A stretch of 51,818 nucleotides of DNA from Bacteroidota bacterium (GCA_021825235.1 JAKAIL010000001.1:1-51818), one strand, 5' to 3'. Positions 18,220 to 29,097 are shown, counted from the first letter of the stretch. Notes: generated by a model from the sequence alone, not told the origin. Numbers and translations: made by a program.

Positions 18220-20010
18220 TCAGCCCAAATCGCCTCGGAATGCCTCCATATATTGCTTCACCCGTTCGGTGAACTGAACGGCATAAAGCCCATCGATGAG
18301 CCGGTGATCGTGCGAAAGCCCCAGGAACATCATGGAACGGATGGCGATGTAATCATTCCCATCCTCATCGGTCTTTACGACGGGCCGCTTCACAATCGCT
18401 CCCGTCGTCATGATCGCAAGGTTCGGCTGGTTGATGATTGGCGTTGACAGAATATTGCCGAACATTCCGGGGTTCGTTAGAGTGAAGGTTCCACCCGAAA
18501 TATCGTCCGGTGTCAACTTCTTTGTGCGAGCTTTATTGGCGAGTTCGTTGACCGCCCCCGCAAGCCCCGCAAGACTTAAGCGATCGGCATTCTTAATCAC
18601 TGGAACAATAAGCGCGGGCGGCAACGGTGAACCTTCCTGCTTCGGCATGGCCACGGCAATACCGAAGTTTATCTCATTGCGAACAATGATGTTGTTTCCT
18701 TCGATGGATGAATTGATGAATGGAAACTCGCGGAGTGCCTTGATCATGCACTCGAGGAAAATTGGTGTGAGGGTAAGGCGCACACCGTACCTCTGCTCGA
18801 AGCTTTCTTTGTTTTTCTTCTGATAATTTATAATGTTGGTTACATCCACTTCGCTGATCGACGTAACATGCGGACTGGTATGCACGGAGCGCACCATGTG
18901 CTCGGCAATACGCTGGCGGATATTGTCCATCGGAATGATGGTAACTGCTTCGCCGCTGGCAGCGAACGCCGGAGCCGGCATAGGTTGCGGCGCGGGTGCA
19001 GTAAAAGTTGGCGGTTGCTGTGGCTGGAGTGCCGGCGCCGAAGGGGCCTGGTACTTAGGGACCGCGCCAGATTTGCGCGCCGAGACATACTGGAGCATGT
19101 CATTCTTGTTTACGCGGCCGCCCATACCGCTGCCCGGAATTCGGGAAAGCTCTTCAGGCGATACGCCTTCGGTCTTCGCAATATTCTTGACCAATGGGGA
19201 ATAAAAACGGTCGTTCCTGGCTTGCGTGGCCCGTGCTTCAACCTGGTCCTCCGGCTGTGGAGCAGGTGCAGGTTGTGCAACCGGCCTTGCAGGCTGCACG
19301 GTTGCTTGCAGCGCTGGAATGGGCATTGGAGCGGGTGCGGGTTCCTCTTGCCGCTTTTCTGTCCTTCCCGTCGCTGCCGATGTTGAAGCCGACAAGCCTC
19401 CGGAGATATAGGCTATCGTGGCCCCAACCGCAACGGTCTCTTTTTCCCTGGCTACGATTTTGGAAAGCATTCCTGCAAAGGGTGCCGGAACTTCCGTATC
19501 CACCTTATCGGTAGAAATTTCGAGGATTGGTTCGTCCTTCTCGACTTTGTCTCCTTCTTTCTTGAGCCAACGCAGTACCGTACCTTCGGCGATGGACTCG
19601 CCCATCTTCGGCATTACCACTGCCTGTCCGCCCGATTGCCCATTCGAAGATGACGCGGCAACAGGGGCCGGTGCTTGGACAACCGGAGCAGGGGCTGGAG
19701 GAGGCACAGCAGGCTGTACGACGGGTTTCGGAGGCTCGGCGGCTTGCTTTGCGGCGGGCGCGGTCGCTTCGCCATTCGTTCCGATGGAGGCAATCGGCTC
19801 GCCGACCGCGATGGTCTGCTTTTCCTGAGCAAGTATCTTCAAAAGCTTGCCTTCGACCGGCGATGGTACTTCCGTATCGACCTTGTCGGTGGAGATTTCC
19901 AGAATCGGCTCGTCCTTCTGGACGGAATCCCCTTCTTTTTTGAGCCAGCGTAATATTGTGCCTTCCGTGATTGACTCGCCCATTTTGGGCATTACGACAT
20001 TCGTTGCCAT
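18220..20010 (-). CDS. sucB: 2-oxoacid dehydrogenase E2 (dihydrolipoamide acyltransferase) with two lipoyl domains
   Basis: Two MPKMGESI...ISTDKVDTEVP lipoyl domains, a peripheral subunit-binding domain (SPLVKNIA...GSGMGGRV) and catalytic DHRLIDG. Substrate specificity is inferred. Confidence 0.85.
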   Translation of the reverse strand: MATNVVMPKMGESITEGTILRWLKKEGDSVQKDEPILEISTDKVDTEVPSPVEGKLLKILAQEKQTIAVGEPIASIGTNGEATAPAAKQAAEPPKPVVQPAVPPPAPAPVVQAPAPVAASSSNGQSGGQAVVMPKMGESIAEGTVLRWLKKEGDKVEKDEPILEISTDKVDTEVPAPFAGMLSKIVAREKETVAVGATIAYISGGLSASTSAATGRTEKRQEEPAPAPMPIPALQATVQPARPVAQPAPAPQPEDQVEARATQARNDRFYSPLVKNIAKTEGVSPEELSRIPGSGMGGRVNKNDMLQYVSARKSGAVPKYQAPSAPALQPQQPPTFTAPAPQPMPAPAFAASGEAVTIIPMDNIRQRIAEHMVRSVHTSPHVTSISEVDVTNIINYQKKNKESFEQRYGVRLTLTPIFLECMIKALREFPFINSSIEGNNIIVRNEINFGIAVAMPKQEGSPLPPALIVPVIKNADRLSLAGLAGAVNELANKARTKKLTPDDISGGTFTLTNPGMFGNILSTPIINQPNLAIMTTGAIVKRPVVKTDEDGNDYIAIRSMMFLGLSHDHRLIDGLYAVQFTERVKQYMEAFRGDLG

Positions 20011-20101
20011 GATGTGAGGTTAAAATTCTAACAAAAGTCAGGCCCTAAACACAATTTTGCTTCAAAGGCTTCCATATTCGTAGTCCTGACTTCAATGCAA
20101 C

Positions 20102-20416
20102 CTACAACGTTCGAGGATCCCAGAAATGCTTCTCCAGGTCAACCAATTCGCCTTTGAAGGTAATACCCTCCCGCCGTAGCATCGAACGCATTCGGCCATA
20201 ACCGCCAAAATGATGCGCCCCAGATAGTACTCCAATCCGATTGATAACGCGCTGTGCCGGCACGTCCGAATCTTCCGGCAGAGCGCTCAAAGCCTGTCCT
20301 ACCATGCGCGAGGAGCGTTTCATTCCCAAGACGTCGGCAATCGCACCATAGGTCGTCACCTTTCCCACCGGGATTTGTTCTACGATTTTGTACACCCTTG
20401 CGTAAAAGCTGGGCAA
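20102..20416 (-). CDS. MGMT-family alkyltransferase-like (ATL) protein
   Basis: IPVGKVTTYGAIA, RMVGQAL; VPAQRVIN replaces catalytic PCHR. Start uncertain (ORF open to 20509). Confidence 0.85.
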   Translation of the reverse strand: MPSFYARVYKIVEQIPVGKVTTYGAIADVLGMKRSSRMVGQALSALPEDSDVPAQRVINRIGVLSGAHHFGGYGRMRSMLRREGITFKGELVDLEKHFWDPRTL

Positions 20417-20508
20417 AGTCTTTTTGCCCTCACTGTTTACGAAGTTATCTACCGGACTAATTGGACCTTGGCGTCCTTTCGGTCGTTTCGATCTTTCAGG
20501 AAAACCCA

Positions 20509-21831
20509 TTGCGAAATCCTAAAATAGCGATTATCGGTGGAGGTATAAGCGGCCTTGCGGCGGCGGTACACCTTCTCGAGCATGGTTACCGAAACGTTAC
20601 GCTTTACGAAGCCCGTCACGAAGCCGGTGGCCGCACCCGCTCTTACCTGGATTCCACCACTGGCGATATTCTCGACAACGGCCAGCACCTGATGATGGGA
20701 TGTTACCATGCCACCCTCGAATATTTGCGTGCGATTGGTTCAAGCAATCTCGTTCATCGCACCCCACTTGCTATTGCATTTCACGAGCCGGGCAAATCAC
20801 CGGCCCGCTTCGAGATCCACCGCAGACTTGCTCCTTCCATTAACCTCCTCGCAGGATTATGGAGTTCAAATTTGCTTTCTCGGAGCGAGAAAATTGCCGC
20901 AATTAGGCTCGGGCTCGCAATAAAAAATAATCGAGTAAACGCTTCTGGAAGCTGCAAGGAGTTTTTCGAAGCAAGGAAGCAGCCTTCCAAGCTTATCCGG
21001 AAGTTGTGGGCACCTATTGTGCTCGCAGCCATTAATTCTCCGCTCGAACTGGCAAGTGCGGAAGTGTTTGTCAATATATTCCGTGAAATTTTCCTTACCG
21101 GTCATGAAGGAAGTGACCTGTTATTCCCTTCTGTCGGACTTTCAGAACTTCTGATCGATCCGGCGATACGAATGCTTCAAGCACATGGTATATGCGTCCG
21201 CTTTTCGGCACCCGTCCGAGAGATAAAATATGAAGGTGACTCACTACGTGTATCCGGAAACAATCAAGTGGAAGTATATGATTCAGTGATTTTTTGCGGA
21301 CAGTCTGATGATCCATTACCGGAATCAATCAGTTCAAACCTTCCTCGAGTAGAATACTCTCCGATTGTTAATGCTTATTTCTGGTTGGACCGTATGGTAT
21401 TAAATAGCCCTATCCATGCGTTCCTTGGCACGACCTTACAATGGGCTTTCCCGAAGCCGACTGCCTACGCTTCGCATCGGCTCGCACTCACTGTTAGTGC
21501 GGCTTCGGAGCTGACCGCATTAACAAACGAGAAAATTCGAGATATGCTTTGGTCCGATCTTCAAAGCGCAGTTTCAGCTGCACGTACGGCAAAACTTCTG
21601 CATTTTCAAATTATTCGGGAAAAGCGTGCTACACCAATGCTGACGCCGCAAGTCCAGCAGCATCGTCCGGGCGCTTCAACCTCAATTCCGGGGTTATTCC
21701 TTGCCGGAGATATAGTTCAAAATGGCCTTTCCGCGACCATTGAAGGGGCAATTCGTAACGGAGTGGCGGCTGCGGGGTTAGTACTACGGTCCACTCGAGC
21801 CGTCGAGATGCGGGAAATCGAGAGGCATTAG
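20509..21831 (+). CDS. hpnE: Hydroxysqualene dehydroxylase HpnE-like FAD oxidoreductase
   Basis: IIGGGISGLAAA, GGRTRS, DNGQHLMMGCYHATL, IIREKRAT, ATIEGAIRNG; start uncertain (20461 or TTG 20509). Confidence 0.85.
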   Translation: MRNPKIAIIGGGISGLAAAVHLLEHGYRNVTLYEARHEAGGRTRSYLDSTTGDILDNGQHLMMGCYHATLEYLRAIGSSNLVHRTPLAIAFHEPGKSPARFEIHRRLAPSINLLAGLWSSNLLSRSEKIAAIRLGLAIKNNRVNASGSCKEFFEARKQPSKLIRKLWAPIVLAAINSPLELASAEVFVNIFREIFLTGHEGSDLLFPSVGLSELLIDPAIRMLQAHGICVRFSAPVREIKYEGDSLRVSGNNQVEVYDSVIFCGQSDDPLPESISSNLPRVEYSPIVNAYFWLDRMVLNSPIHAFLGTTLQWAFPKPTAYASHRLALTVSAASELTALTNEKIRDMLWSDLQSAVSAARTAKLLHFQIIREKRATPMLTPQVQQHRPGASTSIPGLFLAGDIVQNGLSATIEGAIRNGVAAAGLVLRSTRAVEMREIERH

Positions 21832-21953
21832 TCGAGTATGAAGAATTTTTATGCCAAATTAAACCATCCATCTCATTAAAATCTCCGTATAGTCACGGAA
21901 GATATTTTCGCAACTTCAGAAAAAAAAATATTCTAACACCACAAAAGAAGAAT

Positions 21954-23342
21954 ATGGCGGAACCTACCATCATCGAACCAAAACCCATAGCGGACGGTAC
22001 CCTTCGAAAAGCAGCTCCCCCGCCTCCGCATGTGATGAAAAAAGTTACACTGGGTCAGTCCAAACGGAGAGTAAATCCGGCAGTTATCGTTCTCGGAATT
22101 CTCGTTTTTGCGGTGGCCTTTTGGTACTTCCTACTCCGAAAGCCTGCAGCCGCTCCGGTCGTGGTCCGATATGCCGCCGTGGATACGGGTGATATTTCCC
22201 GCGGTGTTACGGCAACCGGAACCCTCCAGGCAACGACGACGGTGCAAGTTGGCAGCCAAATTTCCGGATTAGTAAAAAAGATTTACGCAGATTTTAACAC
22301 AAGAGTCAAGGCGGGTCAGCTACTGGCGCTTCTCGATACGACTCCGTATTCGGCCGCACTAGCGCAGTCCGAGGCAACCGTTCAGAAAGCGAAGGCGGAT
22401 GTGGATTTAGCCATTGCTAACGAGGCCCGTGAACGAAAGTTGCTCGCAGCGAAACTCGTCGCTCAATCGGACTACGATGTAACCCTCAATGCACTTCGAG
22501 ATGCACGCGCCACGTATTCCCAGGATTCTGCTCAGCACGAGCAGGCAAAGGTTAATCTGGGCTACACGCATATTCGCTCACCAGTAGATGGCGTCGTGCA
22601 GGCACGCGATGTCGATAGCGGCCAAACGGTTGCCGCGGGACTTAACGTTACGACGATGTTCGTCATTGCTGAAGACTTGACTAAAATGCAGGTCGCAGCG
22701 GCGGTAGACGAAGCCGATATCGGTAGTGTTGCGGTTGGCCAACCGGTCAATTTTACCGTCGAAGCGTATCCCAGTGAAATATTCCAGGGAACCGTAACCC
22801 AGGTGCGCATTAATCCGGTGACCACGAATAATGTGGTAACTTATACCGTTATTATTACGACGCCGAACCCCGATGAACGACTGCTTCCCGGAATGACGGC
22901 AACGGTGAATATCATTAATGCCAGTAGGACGAACGTGATGCGAATTCCGGTGGCTGCGACTCGTTTCGTTCCACCATCAGGCTTTTTAGCGTCGATGGGT
23001 GTTACGGGCTCGGATACCGCACGGCCAAAGCGCATCCGTACTCCAGGAGATACTTCCCACCATCGAATGCCTACTTTAGGAACCACCGGTGGCCCACCAG
23101 AAGAGAATCGCCCCACCTTTTCGACCGTATATCTTAGGACTGGTCCAGGCAATGCCCCTAAATTGGAACTGGTCCGGGTGATGGGTGGCCTTTCCGATGG
23201 TAACTATACGGAGGTACTCAAGAGCACACCGCCTCTCCATCCTGGCGATAGCATTGTGGTAGCCGCATTTTCCATGGGTGGAAACACCGCCGCATCTAAC
23301 GGTTCTCCTTACTCACGGCCCGGGATGATGGTCCATCACTAA
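21954..23342 (+). CDS. Efflux periplasmic adaptor subunit (MacA-like)
   Basis: TM anchor, VQVGSQISG, IRSPVDGVV, GQTVAA, VDEADIG, LLPGMTA. Confidence 0.92.
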   Translation: MAEPTIIEPKPIADGTLRKAAPPPPHVMKKVTLGQSKRRVNPAVIVLGILVFAVAFWYFLLRKPAAAPVVVRYAAVDTGDISRGVTATGTLQATTTVQVGSQISGLVKKIYADFNTRVKAGQLLALLDTTPYSAALAQSEATVQKAKADVDLAIANEARERKLLAAKLVAQSDYDVTLNALRDARATYSQDSAQHEQAKVNLGYTHIRSPVDGVVQARDVDSGQTVAAGLNVTTMFVIAEDLTKMQVAAAVDEADIGSVAVGQPVNFTVEAYPSEIFQGTVTQVRINPVTTNNVVTYTVIITTPNPDERLLPGMTATVNIINASRTNVMRIPVAATRFVPPSGFLASMGVTGSDTARPKRIRTPGDTSHHRMPTLGTTGGPPEENRPTFSTVYLRTGPGNAPKLELVRVMGGLSDGNYTEVLKSTPPLHPGDSIVVAAFSMGGNTAASNGSPYSRPGMMVHH

Positions 23343-23361
23343 GCTATAGCAAACGCAGTCC

Positions 23362-24585
23362 ATGTTTACCCAGGTTATCAATAGCGTGACTATGGCATTT
23401 CAGTCGCTCGCATCGAACAAGGTGCGGGCGGCTCTGACTATGCTCGGCATTATCATCGGTGTAGGGGCGGTGATCACGATGACGGCTATCGGTCAAGGGG
23501 CCTCCCAGGCGGTTGCAAACCAAATCAACGCGATGGGAACGAATGCACTGATGATCTTTCCCGGTGCTACGAATTTGGGCGGCATTTCTTCCGGCCAGGG
23601 CGGAAGTGTCCATCTGACCGAAGACGATGCCAATGCCCTTCGAAAGTCCACCTGGCTCGAGGCGGTTTCCCCTATCGTTAATACCAGCGCGCAAATCATT
23701 GCGGGCAGCAATAACTGGGCCACCCACGTTACCGGCGCTACGCCGGACTATTTCACAATTCGTAATTGGCCGATCGTCAACGGCAGTGCCTTTACCGATG
23801 CCGATGCGCGTACCGGAACCAAAGTCTGCGTACTCGGTCAGACCGTCGCAACCAATCTGTTTGGGGAAGGTGTCGATCCCGTCGGCCAGATGATTCGCAT
23901 CAAGAACGAGCCGTTTACAGTGGTCGGTCTTTTAGAAGAGAAAGGTGCCAATGCATTCGGCCAGGACCAGGACGACATCGTGATTGCTCCGTTCGCGACC
24001 GTGCAAAAACGGTTGATGGGTATCACCTGGGTCAATATGATCATGGCGAGTTCCATTTCCGCGGAAGCAACCACTCCGGCCACGCAGGACATCACAGCTA
24101 TTTTGCGGCAGCAGCATAAGTTGCTTCCCTCGGATGACAATGACTTTCAAATTCGATCCCAGGTAGAAATTGAGCAAGCGGCACAGCAGAGTACGGCCAC
24201 CATGACCAACCTTTTGAGCGCTGCGGCTATCATTTCCCTGCTCGTTGGCGGCATTGGTATTATGAACATCATGCTCGTGAGCGTTACCGAGCGGACTCGC
24301 GAAATTGGTATTCGCAAGTCCATTGGCGCTAAGCAGATGAACATTCTGCTTCAGTTTTTGACGGAAGCAATCACCTTAAGCCTGGTCGGCGGAATTGTTG
24401 GCGTTATTCTTGGCTACATTGCATCCTCCTTCGTTTCGAAATCGAATGGCTGGGTGCTGGTTATTTCACCACAAGCGGTGGGGCTCTCTTTCGCGGCAGC
24501 ATCCTTTGTGGGAATCTTCTTCGGATGGTATCCGGCGCGAAAGGCCGCACGGTTGAACCCGATCGAGGCCTTGCGATACGAATAA
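23362..24585 (+). CDS. MacB-like ABC transporter permease
   Basis: LTMLGIIIGV, VGGIGIMNIMLVSVTERTREIGIRK, YPARKAARLNPIEALRYE. Confidence 0.93.
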   Translation: MFTQVINSVTMAFQSLASNKVRAALTMLGIIIGVGAVITMTAIGQGASQAVANQINAMGTNALMIFPGATNLGGISSGQGGSVHLTEDDANALRKSTWLEAVSPIVNTSAQIIAGSNNWATHVTGATPDYFTIRNWPIVNGSAFTDADARTGTKVCVLGQTVATNLFGEGVDPVGQMIRIKNEPFTVVGLLEEKGANAFGQDQDDIVIAPFATVQKRLMGITWVNMIMASSISAEATTPATQDITAILRQQHKLLPSDDNDFQIRSQVEIEQAAQQSTATMTNLLSAAAIISLLVGGIGIMNIMLVSVTERTREIGIRKSIGAKQMNILLQFLTEAITLSLVGGIVGVILGYIASSFVSKSNGWVLVISPQAVGLSFAAASFVGIFFGWYPARKAARLNPIEALRYE

Positions 24586-24591
24586 TGGCCA

Positions 24592-25074
24592 TCAGGGCGC
24601 CGTCCCCACTCTCGGCTTCCCCAATCGCACAAATAGCCGCATGTACTTATCGGACTGCGAGAATTCGCTTGTGCCATCCTCCGTTTCCCACCGGTGATAC
24701 ACGAGCGTTTCATCACTAAAGACGACACCTCGACCAAAACATCGTTCCAAATAGGACTGGAGTACATCGCGCAAGCCGAGATACGCGCCACCTCCCAATG
24801 GGAACCAGTTAATTTCGATGGTCCGCACGCGGTGATCTGCAATCTGTAGCTGAATGTAGGCCGGCTGACCGAAAATCTGTACCGAATCGGATTCGAGAAT
24901 AATAATGGAATCCACATGAAGGGTGTCATGCCGCAAAGCCACGCGATGCATGAGCCAAAAGGCGGAATCCTCCGGCATGGCAACATGAAACCCGGCAAAG
25001 GCAGGACGCGGCGGTAGATAATGCTCCGCCGGGGCAACGAATGCAGCGAGCACTGCCATGGCGAGAAACATCAC
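24592..25074 (-). CDS. Exported hypothetical protein
   Basis: 160-aa ORF overlapping the upstream gene's stop by 4 nt; hydrophobic N-terminus. Confidence 0.6.
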   Translation of the reverse strand: MMFLAMAVLAAFVAPAEHYLPPRPAFAGFHVAMPEDSAFWLMHRVALRHDTLHVDSIIILESDSVQIFGQPAYIQLQIADHRVRTIEINWFPLGGGAYLGLRDVLQSYLERCFGRGVVFSDETLVYHRWETEDGTSEFSQSDKYMRLFVRLGKPRVGTAP

Positions 25075-26495
25075 AACGATTGCTTAACCTCGATTACGCG
25101 CCCATTGATGATGCCGACAAACTCCACATGCTTTCCATCGGGCGACCAGCCAATCCGGCCAATTCGCTCGAACAACGGTGAGCGCCTGCCGTTAGCAACG
25201 ACAAAGAATTTCTTATGCTCCCCAGCGGCGATATAGGCGATGTGCTTTTCATCCGGCGACCAAATAACATCGACCACAGCGCTCGTCCGGGCAAGAACTT
25301 TTTTGTCGAGATAAAACCGCGCGGAATGATAGTCCAGGGTATAGGCGATATGCTTACCACTTGGGCTCATGAAGAGAACGGTCATACCGGGAAATGGTCC
25401 GGCAAACACTTTTCCGTCATAGACGACAACCGCGCGGCGTTCGTCCTGTCCTTTGTGAGTCACTTTGGGATCGCAGGCAATATAGGCCAGGTGCTGCCCG
25501 GTACTATCGATCAGGAACTGACTCGCCCATCGGTATAATCCCTGATCGTGCCCATTAAAGTTCACATAGACCCGTGACGTGTCTGCGGCAAGTGAGGAAT
25601 ACGCTGTCTTCTCCACCTGCGCCACGTGCTCGAAGTGATAATCGTAATCGCGCCCTTCGAAGATTTTGTGGTTAATCGTTACATCCGGCGAGTAGCGCCA
25701 GATCGTCGCGTCGTACGAAGATGTTGCGGATGGCGTGGGCCACCGATATAGGAGCATTGCCGAATCTGATGCATCCGTCATCAGATTTTCGAGCAAGCCA
25801 TTCGTCGTACGGTACGCCCAATGCTGTTCATCGTCCGAGAACGAAAATTGGTGCGGGAACGGCTCGTTTTCGCGGACCAGCTTTCCATCCACAAGCACAA
25901 AATCTCTTGGGACATCCTGTTTTTGATTTGCTGCCGGCAGTAAAGCCGCCCAATGCTCTCCGTCCCGCGAGAACTCCAGCGAAGGGTAATCGCTCACCGC
26001 GTGAAAGAGGAGCGATGTATCGCGATACACATCGGCCATCGTGGAATCGAAGTCCATCTGGGTGAACGCATGCATGAGGCCCGTCCAGATCAGGAAATCC
26101 CCGTGCGGGCTGAGCCGCGTTCCAGTCGCCGAAATCTCATGGTATCGTTTCGGAAATTGGTGGCCATCAATTGTAATGTATTGCCAATGCGCAAATTCAT
26201 CTACGACGTACCAGTGGGAGCCGTCCGGCGTGGCGTCCATATTTTTTATAGATCGAGCTTCATCGAGGTGATACAGAGTATCCTCCGTCACTTTCGCCGG
26301 GCGAAATAGTTTTTCCGCCCCATTTTCTCGAATATATGGCACGGTGGCAATATTTATCAGGTGCTGGGCAATCGCAGCATTCGCAAAAATAGAAGTAAGA
26401 AAAAAGGCGAAGGCGAACCGAAGCGAGAACGCGAGGTTCGAGATACGAATGGTCATCGCGCACCGTAACACTGGCAAACGGTGCAAAGGCTCCAC
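25071..26495 (-). CDS. Exported beta-propeller protein (TolB/WD40-like)
   Basis: Repeated FSRDGEH, MSPSGKHIAY, WSPDEKHIAY, WSPDGKH blade motifs; signal-like segment. Confidence 0.75.
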   Translation of the reverse strand: MEPLHRLPVLRCAMTIRISNLAFSLRFAFAFFLTSIFANAAIAQHLINIATVPYIRENGAEKLFRPAKVTEDTLYHLDEARSIKNMDATPDGSHWYVVDEFAHWQYITIDGHQFPKRYHEISATGTRLSPHGDFLIWTGLMHAFTQMDFDSTMADVYRDTSLLFHAVSDYPSLEFSRDGEHWAALLPAANQKQDVPRDFVLVDGKLVRENEPFPHQFSFSDDEQHWAYRTTNGLLENLMTDASDSAMLLYRWPTPSATSSYDATIWRYSPDVTINHKIFEGRDYDYHFEHVAQVEKTAYSSLAADTSRVYVNFNGHDQGLYRWASQFLIDSTGQHLAYIACDPKVTHKGQDERRAVVVYDGKVFAGPFPGMTVLFMSPSGKHIAYTLDYHSARFYLDKKVLARTSAVVDVIWSPDEKHIAYIAAGEHKKFFVVANGRRSPLFERIGRIGWSPDGKHVEFVGIINGRVIEVKQSL

Positions 26496-26507
26496 AAAAA
26501 CGATGGC

Positions 26508-27368
26508 CTACACCGAAAGCAACCGTTTCGCGCGCACGATCTCCTTCTCCTGCTGCTTTGTGACCTTCGGATACTCAAGATCAAGCGATTTCAGCGTCCG
26601 GACGAGAATATCCCCAATGGCCACCCGCGTGTACCATTTGTGATCTGACGGGATAACGTACCAGGGAGCGTAATCCGTGCTGGTATGGCGAAGCATATCT
26701 TCATAGGCCGTCATATAGTCCTTCCAGAACGTCCGTTCGTACACATCGGCGCTCGATATCTTGTAGTTTTTATCTTTCTCGTCGATTCGTGCCAACAAGC
26801 GCTTTCGCTGCTCTTCCTTAGAGATATGAAGATGAAACTTCACGACAACGATCCCATTATTGGTAAGATACTTCTCGATGGCATTGATATCCTCGTAGCG
26901 TTCCTTCCATAAATCCTTTTTTATTGCGCCCTTCGGCAGCTTTTCATTCCCGAGCAGTTCGGGATGGACCCGAACAACCAGAACCTCCTCATAATAAGAG
27001 CGATTAAAGATTCCAATCCGCCCACGCTCCGGTAAATGGCGCAGCGCGCGCCACATAAAATCATGGTTCAATTCTTCCGCGCTTGGAACCCGGAAATTAT
27101 GGACATCGATGCCCTGCGGGTTAACGCCGGTAAGCACATGCTTGATGGCTCCGTCTTTTCCGGCCGTGTCCATCGCTTGCAGAATCATAAGCACTCCCTG
27201 ACGCCCTTGTGCAAAGAGCATTGCTTGCAATTCAGCGAGATCCTGAATGTCCTGTGCGAGTTTCGATTCCGCGCTCTGCTTGGAACGAAATCCCGGCGTC
27301 TTCTTGGTCTCGACTTCCTCGAGAGAAAAATTGCTATGTGGCGTAACGCGAAAATGGTCTTCTGTCAT
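26508..27368 (-). CDS. ppk2: Polyphosphate kinase 2 family protein
   Basis: QAMDTAGKDGAIKHV (Walker A), FNRSYYEEVLVVRVHP, APWYVIPSDHKW. Confidence 0.93.
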   Translation of the reverse strand: MTEDHFRVTPHSNFSLEEVETKKTPGFRSKQSAESKLAQDIQDLAELQAMLFAQGRQGVLMILQAMDTAGKDGAIKHVLTGVNPQGIDVHNFRVPSAEELNHDFMWRALRHLPERGRIGIFNRSYYEEVLVVRVHPELLGNEKLPKGAIKKDLWKERYEDINAIEKYLTNNGIVVVKFHLHISKEEQRKRLLARIDEKDKNYKISSADVYERTFWKDYMTAYEDMLRHTSTDYAPWYVIPSDHKWYTRVAIGDILVRTLKSLDLEYPKVTKQQEKEIVRAKRLLSV

Positions 27369-27465
27369 GGCAATGAAATGATTTTTGGAAAGAGATTGAA
27401 TTATCTTTTGCGTTCGTGCGTTCCCCGCACCTTTCTCGCAATCTGTTCAACGAGCACGACCTTCC

Positions 27466-29097
27466 ATGTTCGTACCAAAACTGTTTACGACCCTCAAAGG
27501 GTATTCGCGCAAAGCGTTTTATGAAGATGCCACCGCCGGACTTATCGTCGGCGTGGTGGCACTGCCGCTGGCCATTGCCTTTGCGATTGCCAGCGGAGTT
27601 TCACCGGTTAGCGGCCTCATCACCGCCATCATCGGGGGATTCATCATTTCGGCGCTCGGCGGAAGCCGCGTACAAATTGGCGGACCAACCGGAGCATTTA
27701 TCGTTGTCATCTATGGCGTCGTGCAAAAGTTCGGGGTGGATGGACTAATCGTTACTACGGTTCTTGCGGGCATTCTGCTGGTGCTGATGGGCATCGCCAA
27801 GTTTGGCTCTGTTATAAAATTCATTCCTGCCCCGGTCGTCACCGGATTCACCAGCGGCATTGCGGTCATCATTTTTTCCGGCGAAGTTAAGGATTTCCTG
27901 GGCTTAAAAATGGGAGTGGTTCCGGCTCCTTTTTTCGAAAAGTGGACGGCGCTTGGCTCCAATTTCCTTAATGTAAATCCCTGGGCTATTGGCATCGCAG
28001 CACTTTCGCTGCTGATTATTATTGCCTGGCCCCGCGTATCGCAAAAAATTCCTTCGCCATTCGTCGCGGTAATCGTTACAACGGTAATCGTCCAGGTTTT
28101 TAACCTGCCAGTTGAAACCATCGGCAGCCATTTTGGCAATATCTCCGGCGCTATTCCTATGCCGCACTTCCCGCATGTGGATCTTGCAATGGTGCGCACA
28201 CTCATGCCTTCGGCCTTCACGGTTGCCATTTTAGGCGCGGTGGAATCGCTTCTTTCCGCAGTCGTTTCTGATGGTATGATCGGCGGCAAGCACCGTTCGA
28301 ATATGGAACTCATTGCGCAAGGTGTGGCAAACATTGCAAGCCCCCTCTTTGGTGGAATTCCTGCCACCGGCGCTATTGCGCGAACGACGACAAATATCAA
28401 AAGCGGCGGACGCACACCGGTTGCTGGAATGATACACGCCGTTACGTTGCTGCTCATTCTCCTCGCCTTTGGCCAATGGGCTTCAATGATTCCGATGGCC
28501 ACACTCGCCGCCGTGCTTGTTGTCGTTGCGTATAACATGAGTGAGTGGCGCACGTTCAAGGCGCTCCTTCGCACGACGAAAAGCGATATCATCGTACTGC
28601 TGGCAACTTTTATTCTCACCGTAGTCGTGGATCTTTCCGTCGCGATCGAGGTAGGCATGGTACTCGCCGCGTTCCTTTTTATGAAGCGCATGGCAAGCGT
28701 AACGAACGTCAACGTCATTACGCGCGAAATGGAAGACGTGGAAGTTCCCCCGGAATTCGTGGGATTATCGGTTCCCAAAGACGTCCAGATCTATGAGATC
28801 AACGGCCCGTTCTTCTTCGGCGCTGCGGAAACGTTTACCCAGACCGTGGCCTCGGTCGGCAAATTTCCTCGCACGCTTATCGTGCGAATGCGAAATGTTC
28901 CCGCCATTGACGCCACCGGCATGAAAGTGCTGAACGATATTTACAAACGTGTCCACCACGCCAAAGGCCGCTTCATCATTTCCGAAATCCATTCCCAGCC
29001 CTACATAGCCCTCGAAAACAGCGGATTTCTGGACACCTTGGGCCGGGATAATCTTGCCCCGACGTTGGAAGAGGCTCTCCAAAATTCAACTCATTGA
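27466..29097 (+). CDS. sulP: SulP family anion transporter with STAS domain
   Basis: VALPLAIAFAIASG, QIGGPTGAF, IPATGAIART; STAS GPFFFGAA...IDATG. Confidence 0.95.
   Translation: MFVPKLFTTLKGYSRKAFYEDATAGLIVGVVALPLAIAFAIASGVSPVSGLITAIIGGFIISALGGSRVQIGGPTGAFIVVIYGVVQKFGVDGLIVTTVLAGILLVLMGIAKFGSVIKFIPAPVVTGFTSGIAVIIFSGEVKDFLGLKMGVVPAPFFEKWTALGSNFLNVNPWAIGIAALSLLIIIAWPRVSQKIPSPFVAVIVTTVIVQVFNLPVETIGSHFGNISGAIPMPHFPHVDLAMVRTLMPSAFTVAILGAVESLLSAVVSDGMIGGKHRSNMELIAQGVANIASPLFGGIPATGAIARTTTNIKSGGRTPVAGMIHAVTLLLILLAFGQWASMIPMATLAAVLVVVAYNMSEWRTFKALLRTTKSDIIVLLATFILTVVVDLSVAIEVGMVLAAFLFMKRMASVTNVNVITREMEDVEVPPEFVGLSVPKDVQIYEINGPFFFGAAETFTQTVASVGKFPRTLIVRMRNVPAIDATGMKVLNDIYKRVHHAKGRFIISEIHSQPYIALENSGFLDTLGRDNLAPTLEEALQNSTH

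Noticed and set aside
19440..20000. Internal DNA duplication in the E2 gene
   Set aside because: Explained by the two normal lipoyl domains.
27711..28778. 355-aa antisense ORF (likewise 42582..43436, 980..1720, 2258..2932, 12466..13056)
   Set aside because: Shadow ORFs opposite longer, better-supported genes; no recognisable motifs.
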